From assembly GCF_009914755.1 (NCBI RefSeq), contig NC_060929.1: a stretch of 64,000 nt of DNA, one strand, 5' to 3'. Made by a program: the position numbers and the translations under genes. Each line of letters starts with the position of its first letter. Within the stretch, counting starts at the first letter, position 1. The notes beneath the pieces are model-generated. The model saw nothing but the letters and a program-made list of their open reading frames with translations. It was not told the origin of the DNA and ran no database searches. The stretch comes from the human T2T-CHM13v2.0 reference genome, Homo sapiens. Positions 63,322 to 64,000 of the stretch are shown here, piece after piece.

Positions 63322-63554
63322 GTTAACATCACAATCATCCGTTCCAGTGGAGATTTTGGCCATGTGCGACTCTGGTACAAGACGATGAGCGGGACAGCGG
63401 AAGCAGGCTTGGATTTTGTTCCTGCAGCAGGGGAGCTCCTCTTTGAAGCAGGGGAGATGAGGAAAAGTCTGCATGTTGAAATCCTTGATGATGACTATCC
63501 TGAAGGCCCAGAGGAATTTTCTCTAACAATTACAAAGGTGGAACTCCAGGGAAG
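63322..63554 (+). CDS. ADGRV1: ADGRV1 coding exon V (~64), Calx-beta
   Basis: gcatag|GTT, GAAG|gtaaag; 233 nt, phase 0 to 2; GTAEAGLDFVPAAGELLFEAGE...ILDDDYPEGPEEFSL is canonical Calx-beta. Confidence 0.96.
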
Positions 63555-64000
63555 GTAAAGGAGAAAGGCAATTAGGAAAAAGAAAGCAAAGAGCAGAGAG
63601 AAAGAGAGAAAGTTCTATTGTGTAGAGATTAATACTGAGCTCTAAAGCAGTTCTTTCCCTACTCTTTCTCAGATTTGTGTGACATTAGAACAGGACATAC
63701 AAGGGAAATTATGACAATGACTGAGTTTTTTTTTTTAATTTTGTTAAATATAACTTCCCTCTGAAAATTGAAAGTATGTGTTTCTATTGTGTGGACTCAC
63801 TCTGGGTAGCCAGGAAGTTGAATATGATAACGGCTTCTAATTGGTGAAGACACAGCCTAACAGCTCTCTAAATCAGAGGTCAGCTGGTGTGGCTGAATTT
63901 GCTTCTTTTGATTTCCATACTTGTGAAAGGGCTGAAGGGAGGGATTTCTTTCATTGGTGCATCTGAAGTCTGTATCGTCTTCTCTGTGGGTGAATGACAT

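Noticed and set aside
63335-63529. Antisense ORFs over exons (also 30047, 39549, 40867)
   Set aside because: Shadow frames of real coding exons

Overview
AT-rich primate (almost certainly human) genomic DNA from inside ADGRV1 (GPR98/VLGR1, the Usher syndrome 2C adhesion GPCR), on the + strand. I traced 22 consecutive GT-AG coding exons (904 to 63554; 3898 nt, about 1299 codons) whose splice phases chain with no frameshift or stop. They encode Calx-beta repeats and the EAR/EPTP beta-propeller; from memory they are roughly exons 43-64, numbering unverified. Introns are filled with Alu, L1, L2, MIR, MaLR/ERVL LTR and DNA-transposon relics. Nearly all other ORFs in the track are repeat-derived or chance. 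There is no prokaryotic-type system, CRISPR array or RNA gene. Most notable: (1) a 1.8-kb retro-insertion with a perfect 18-bp target-site duplication (TSD), made of a structured foreign leader, an L1-like 5'UTR and an L1 3' end with both ORFs missing; (2) the EAR propeller appears inserted inside one split Calx-beta domain, and five of its exons form an in-frame 801-nt cassette bracketed by inverted Alus; (3) a full-length ancient L1 with a ~120-bp monomer array; (4) a twin-primed L1; (5) chimeric Alus; (6) several recursive or cryptic splice-site candidates. Repeat subfamily names and boundaries are by eye, not from RepeatMasker.
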